Assembly (NCBI GenBank): GCA_014653715.1
Contig: JACWEB010000001.1
Location: 4,525-68,524 of the forward strand
From: Pelagibacterales bacterium SAG-MED31
GTDB lineage: Bacteria; Pseudomonadota; Alphaproteobacteria; HIMB59; GCA-002718135
Length of the DNA: 64,000 nt
Reading direction: 5' to 3'
In this document: positions 63,293 through 64,000 of the stretch, in pieces
Layout: each line of letters starts with the position of its first letter
Position numbering within the stretch: position 1 is the stretch's first letter
Notes under the pieces: generated by a model
Told to the model about the DNA's origin: nothing
The model's database searches: none
What the model saw: the letters and a program-made list of their open reading frames with translations, nothing else
Made by a program: the position numbers and the translations under genes

Positions 63293-64000
63293 TTAAGAGT
63301 CTATAAGTCTTTTAAGAAGTTCTATATCCTCGTTGAAACTAATATCTTGAAGTTTTAATTCTTCTATTTTTTTTACCGCATGCATAACTGTTGTGTGATC
63401 TCTGCCACCAAATTTTCTACCAATTTCTGGCAAAGATCTTGAAGTAATAGACTTTGCTAAATACATTGCAATTTGTCTTGGTCTGGCAACTGAACGAGAT
63501 CTTCTTGGAGAATGCATGTCTGTAATTCTAATGTTATAATGTTCAGCAACTTTTTTTTGTATTTCTTCAATTGTAATTTTTTTATTTGAGGATTTAAGTA
63601 AATCTTGCAGAACTACTTGAGCAGTCTCTATTGTTATTTCTGTACCAACTAGCGTTGCATGAGCAACCAACCTATTAAGTGCTCCTTCCATTTCTCTAAC
63701 ATTTGAAATTATTCTATGCGAAAGAAACTCTAGTACTTTTGGAGGTATTTCAACTCCCCTTTTTTGAGCCTTCTCAATTAATATACCTAATCTTAATTCA
63801 TATGTTGTAGGATGAATATCAGCAACTAATCCACAACCTAGTCTTGATTTTAATCTATCTTGAACTCCATCTAAATCAGATGGAGACTTATCTGCAGAAA
63901 TAACAATCTGTTTGTTTTGTTCTATCAGAGCATTAAATGTATGAAAAAACTCTTCTTGAGTATTATCTTTTCCACTTATAAATTGAACATCATCTATCAT
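63293..64000 (-). CDS. dnaA: Chromosomal replication initiator DnaA (C-terminal about 235 aa; N-terminus outside the window)
   Basis: Walker B IDDVQF, sensor regions and the domain IV DNA-binding helix [11 protein letters not shown]. Confidence 0.97.
   Translation of the reverse strand: MIDDVQFISGKDNTQEEFFHTFNALIEQNKQIVISADKSPSDLDGVQDRLKSRLGCGLVADIHPTTYELRLGILIEKAQKRGVEIPPKVLEFLSHRIISNVREMEGALNRLVAHATLVGTEITIETAQVVLQDLLKSSNKKITIEEIQKKVAEHYNIRITDMHSPRRSRSVARPRQIAMYLAKSITSRSLPEIGRKFGGRDHTTVMHAVKKIEELKLQDISFNEDIELLKRLIDS

Overview
This is a very AT-rich, extremely gene-dense alphaproteobacterial chromosome segment. Intergenic spacers are mostly under 40 nt, many start/stop codons overlap, and the proteins are rich in N/K/I. 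Gene content and architecture look like a SAR11 / Pelagibacter-type streamlined genome; that assignment is inference, no search was run. Nearly everything is recognisable core metabolism.

Gene order, left to right:
- Peptide ABC transporter tail (yejF-like) and tRNA-Ser(GGA).
- lepA, then pheT-pheS-rplT-rpmI-infC.
- An LPS-core glycosyltransferase trio.
- A frameshifted alpha/beta hydrolase and a tctA fragment.
- glmS-gltB-gltD.
- kdsD-lptC-lptA-lptB-aroA-cmk-rpsA-ihfB-pyrF-trpFBA-accD-folC, then trxA.
- murU/amgK-like genes, tsaE, metK, ahcY.
- chvG/chvI, nrdA-nrdB-grx, polA.
- A very AT-rich glycan-modification locus.
- regB/regA, and the origin-proximal block gyrB-recF-dnaN-dnaA (dnaA is cut by the window end).

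No CRISPR array, transposase, integrase, rRNA or obvious defence system is visible.

The most unusual structure is at 1671-3473. The 3' end of tRNA-Ser(GGA) occurs three times in direct orientation: the full gene, a 26-nt copy and a 58-nt copy. These copies delimit two tandem, integrase-less mini-islands of about 0.5 and 1.1 kb. The outer island carries the same helically phased GAnTyGAA-type repeat at both ends and encodes only small membrane/secreted proteins.

Other points worth a second look:
- An in-frame A_AAA_AAG heptamer exactly where the hydrolase needs a -1 shift to regain its catalytic His.
- An orphan tctA 3' fragment.
- A GC-rich hairpin leader upstream of rpmI-rplT.
- A near-consensus NrdR-type box upstream of nrdA.
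- A formamido-sugar / polyprenyl-phosphate locus with an atypical flavoprotein-like gene and a permease-less ABC ATPase.

I did not find a convincing multi-gene system of wholly unknown type. All coordinates were counted by hand and could be off by 1-2 nt.
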